Made by a program: the position numbers and the translations under genes
Virus record (IMG/VR): IMGVR_UViG_3300008085_000114
Span: 1-25,662 of that record
DNA: 25,662 bases
Source: a virus
Lineage: Duplodnaviria > Caudoviricetes
Strand: one strand, 5' to 3'
In this document: piece by piece, positions 24,408 to 25,662 of the stretch
How positions within the stretch are numbered: position 1 is the first letter of the stretch
Layout: every line of letters starts with the position of its first letter
Notes under the pieces: generated by a model
Seen by the model: the letters and a program-made list of their open reading frames with translations, nothing else
What the model was told of the DNA's origin: nothing
The model's database searches: none

Positions 24408-25562
24408 GTGAAAGAAATGCCAATCTACTTCGCAAATGACGGACATCTTGATTTGGATGTCATTCGCACAATGGGTGTGAGCGTAAAGAAAACAGAGAAT
24501 CCCATTGGGTTCTTTGGAACTGGTCTTAAGTATGCGATTGCAACTTTGCTTCGCACTGATCACAAGATTTCGTTGTTCACGAATGGTGAAACAATTGAGT
24601 TTTTCACCAAACAAAAAGAAATCCGTGGTGAAACTTTCAACATGATCATGATGGGTGATGAACAACTTGGATTCACAACCGATCTTGGCAAGAATTGGGA
24701 AGTTTGGCAAGCATACCGTGAACTCTATTCCAACACGGTGGATGAAAATGGAATTGTTTCTGGTGTTTTTGTTGAAAAAGACACAGTTTTCTCTGTAAGA
24801 GGTCCGCAAATTGCTGATGTTCATGCAGAGCGTGGAAAGATCTTTCTCCAAAATCAACCTTGGATTGTTGGAGATGGTGTTGAAATCTATCGTGGAAAAA
24901 GTGAATACGTTTATTTTCGTGGAGTTCGTGTTCATAAATTGATGAAACCTTCAAGGTTCACATACAATCTAACATGTCATATGATGTTGACAGAAGATCG
25001 CACATTGGCAAGTGTCTATGACATGAATTACAAACTTGGAACAAGACTTCCAAGAATCGCAGATCGTGAGTTTACTGATAAACTTGTTGATCCTTCTTGG
25101 GATGGACTTGAAAGTCAGATCGATTTTTCTGATTGTTTGGACCCAAGTGATGAGTTTCTTGACAGTATCGAGAAATTTCGAGAAGACGCACATCTACGTG
25201 AATCTAACAGGAATATGTTGAAAAGACATAGGAATGTGTCTGATTATGAAATGTTCCAACTTGATTCTAAGCAATCTGAGATGGTTGCTGAGGCTTGTTA
25301 TTTATTGAGAGCAAAACTCAATGCCGTTGTTAATCCTTCTGATTTCACGTTCGTTGAAAATCTTGGACCTGGAGTTTATGCAATGGTAAAAGATGGAAAA
25401 ATGGTCATTACGAGGCAATGTCTTGCAAATGGCTTGGATTTTCTTGCTATTACTATGTATGAAGAATGGATACATGATAAGATGGGGTATCATGACGAAA
25501 GCCGTGGAATGCAGCAGTTTCTGTTTGATAAAATTCTGGAGTTAATAAAACGTGATTGGTGA
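24408..25562 (+). CDS. GHKL/HATPase-like phage protein
   Basis: MGVSVK....IGFFGTGLKYAIA glycine-rich motif, RELYSN.VDE; C-terminal YEEWIH. Start is GTG 24408 or ATG 24417. Confidence 0.65.
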   Translation: MKEMPIYFANDGHLDLDVIRTMGVSVKKTENPIGFFGTGLKYAIATLLRTDHKISLFTNGETIEFFTKQKEIRGETFNMIMMGDEQLGFTTDLGKNWEVWQAYRELYSNTVDENGIVSGVFVEKDTVFSVRGPQIADVHAERGKIFLQNQPWIVGDGVEIYRGKSEYVYFRGVRVHKLMKPSRFTYNLTCHMMLTEDRTLASVYDMNYKLGTRLPRIADREFTDKLVDPSWDGLESQIDFSDCLDPSDEFLDSIEKFREDAHLRESNRNMLKRHRNVSDYEMFQLDSKQSEMVAEACYLLRAKLNAVVNPSDFTFVENLGPGVYAMVKDGKMVITRQCLANGLDFLAITMYEEWIHDKMGYHDESRGMQQFLFDKILELIKRDW

Positions 25563-25598
25563 ATTAGTTTACAGAATTACTCTTAAAAAGGTGAAACA

Positions 25599-25662
25599 AT
25601 GACTAAGATTGATTGGACCGCCCTTGAGGCGGATCGCGAAAACGGAACGCCGGGCCCTTGGC
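25599..25662 (+). CDS. Partial ORF, Ead/Ea22-like N-terminus (runs off window)
   Basis: SD AGGTG; MTKIDWTALEADRENGTPGPW contains the TPGPW motif. Confidence 0.5.
   Translation, partial: MTKIDWTALEADRENGTPGPW

Larger units (their letters stand above)
1..25662 (+). mobile_element. Segment of a tailed bacteriophage genome (lysis, replication and DNA-modification modules; YuA/M6-like gene content)
   Basis: Dense co-oriented genes with overlapping stop/start codons. Endolysin, phage-type PolA, primase-helicase, RNR and ligase present; no housekeeping genes. No integrase or att site seen in the window. Confidence 0.93.

Overview
AT-rich segment of a tailed dsDNA phage genome, with all genes on the + strand and many ATGA/TAATG stop-start couplings. 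The host is probably an alphaproteobacterium (inference from gene content). The window runs from the end of a lysis cassette (holin-like fragment, membrane protein, GH108 endolysin) through an iteron-rich intergenic region (candidate replication origin) into a replication and nucleotide-metabolism module resembling that of YuA/M6-type siphoviruses. That module holds a SNF2 helicase, a putative SSB, a RecD/Dda-like helicase, a class II RNR, a family A DNA polymerase, a DEDDh exonuclease, a dCTP deaminase, a PD-(D/E)xK nuclease, an AEP primase-SF3 helicase and an ATP-dependent ligase. The highlight is a DNA base-modification cluster: a stand-alone aGPT-Pplase1 (5-hmdU DNA kinase helical domain) protein, a GT-B glycosyltransferase coupled to a dUMP-type thymidylate synthase homologue (likely dUMP hydroxymethylase), an HD nucleotidase, a DUF3310 protein and an FkbM methyltransferase. 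The P-loop 5-hmU DNA kinase and amino acid:DNA transferase of known thymidine-hypermodification pathways are not visible. This points to a possible glycosylated (base J-like, possibly O-methylated) 5-hydroxymethyluracil pathway. Non-coding signals include an H-type pseudoknot in the leader of the putative SSB, two related GC-rich hairpins on opposite strands, a family of promoters sharing an extra SCTA element, and two or three apparent single-base frameshifts. All family assignments come from motif recognition by eye; no searches were run.
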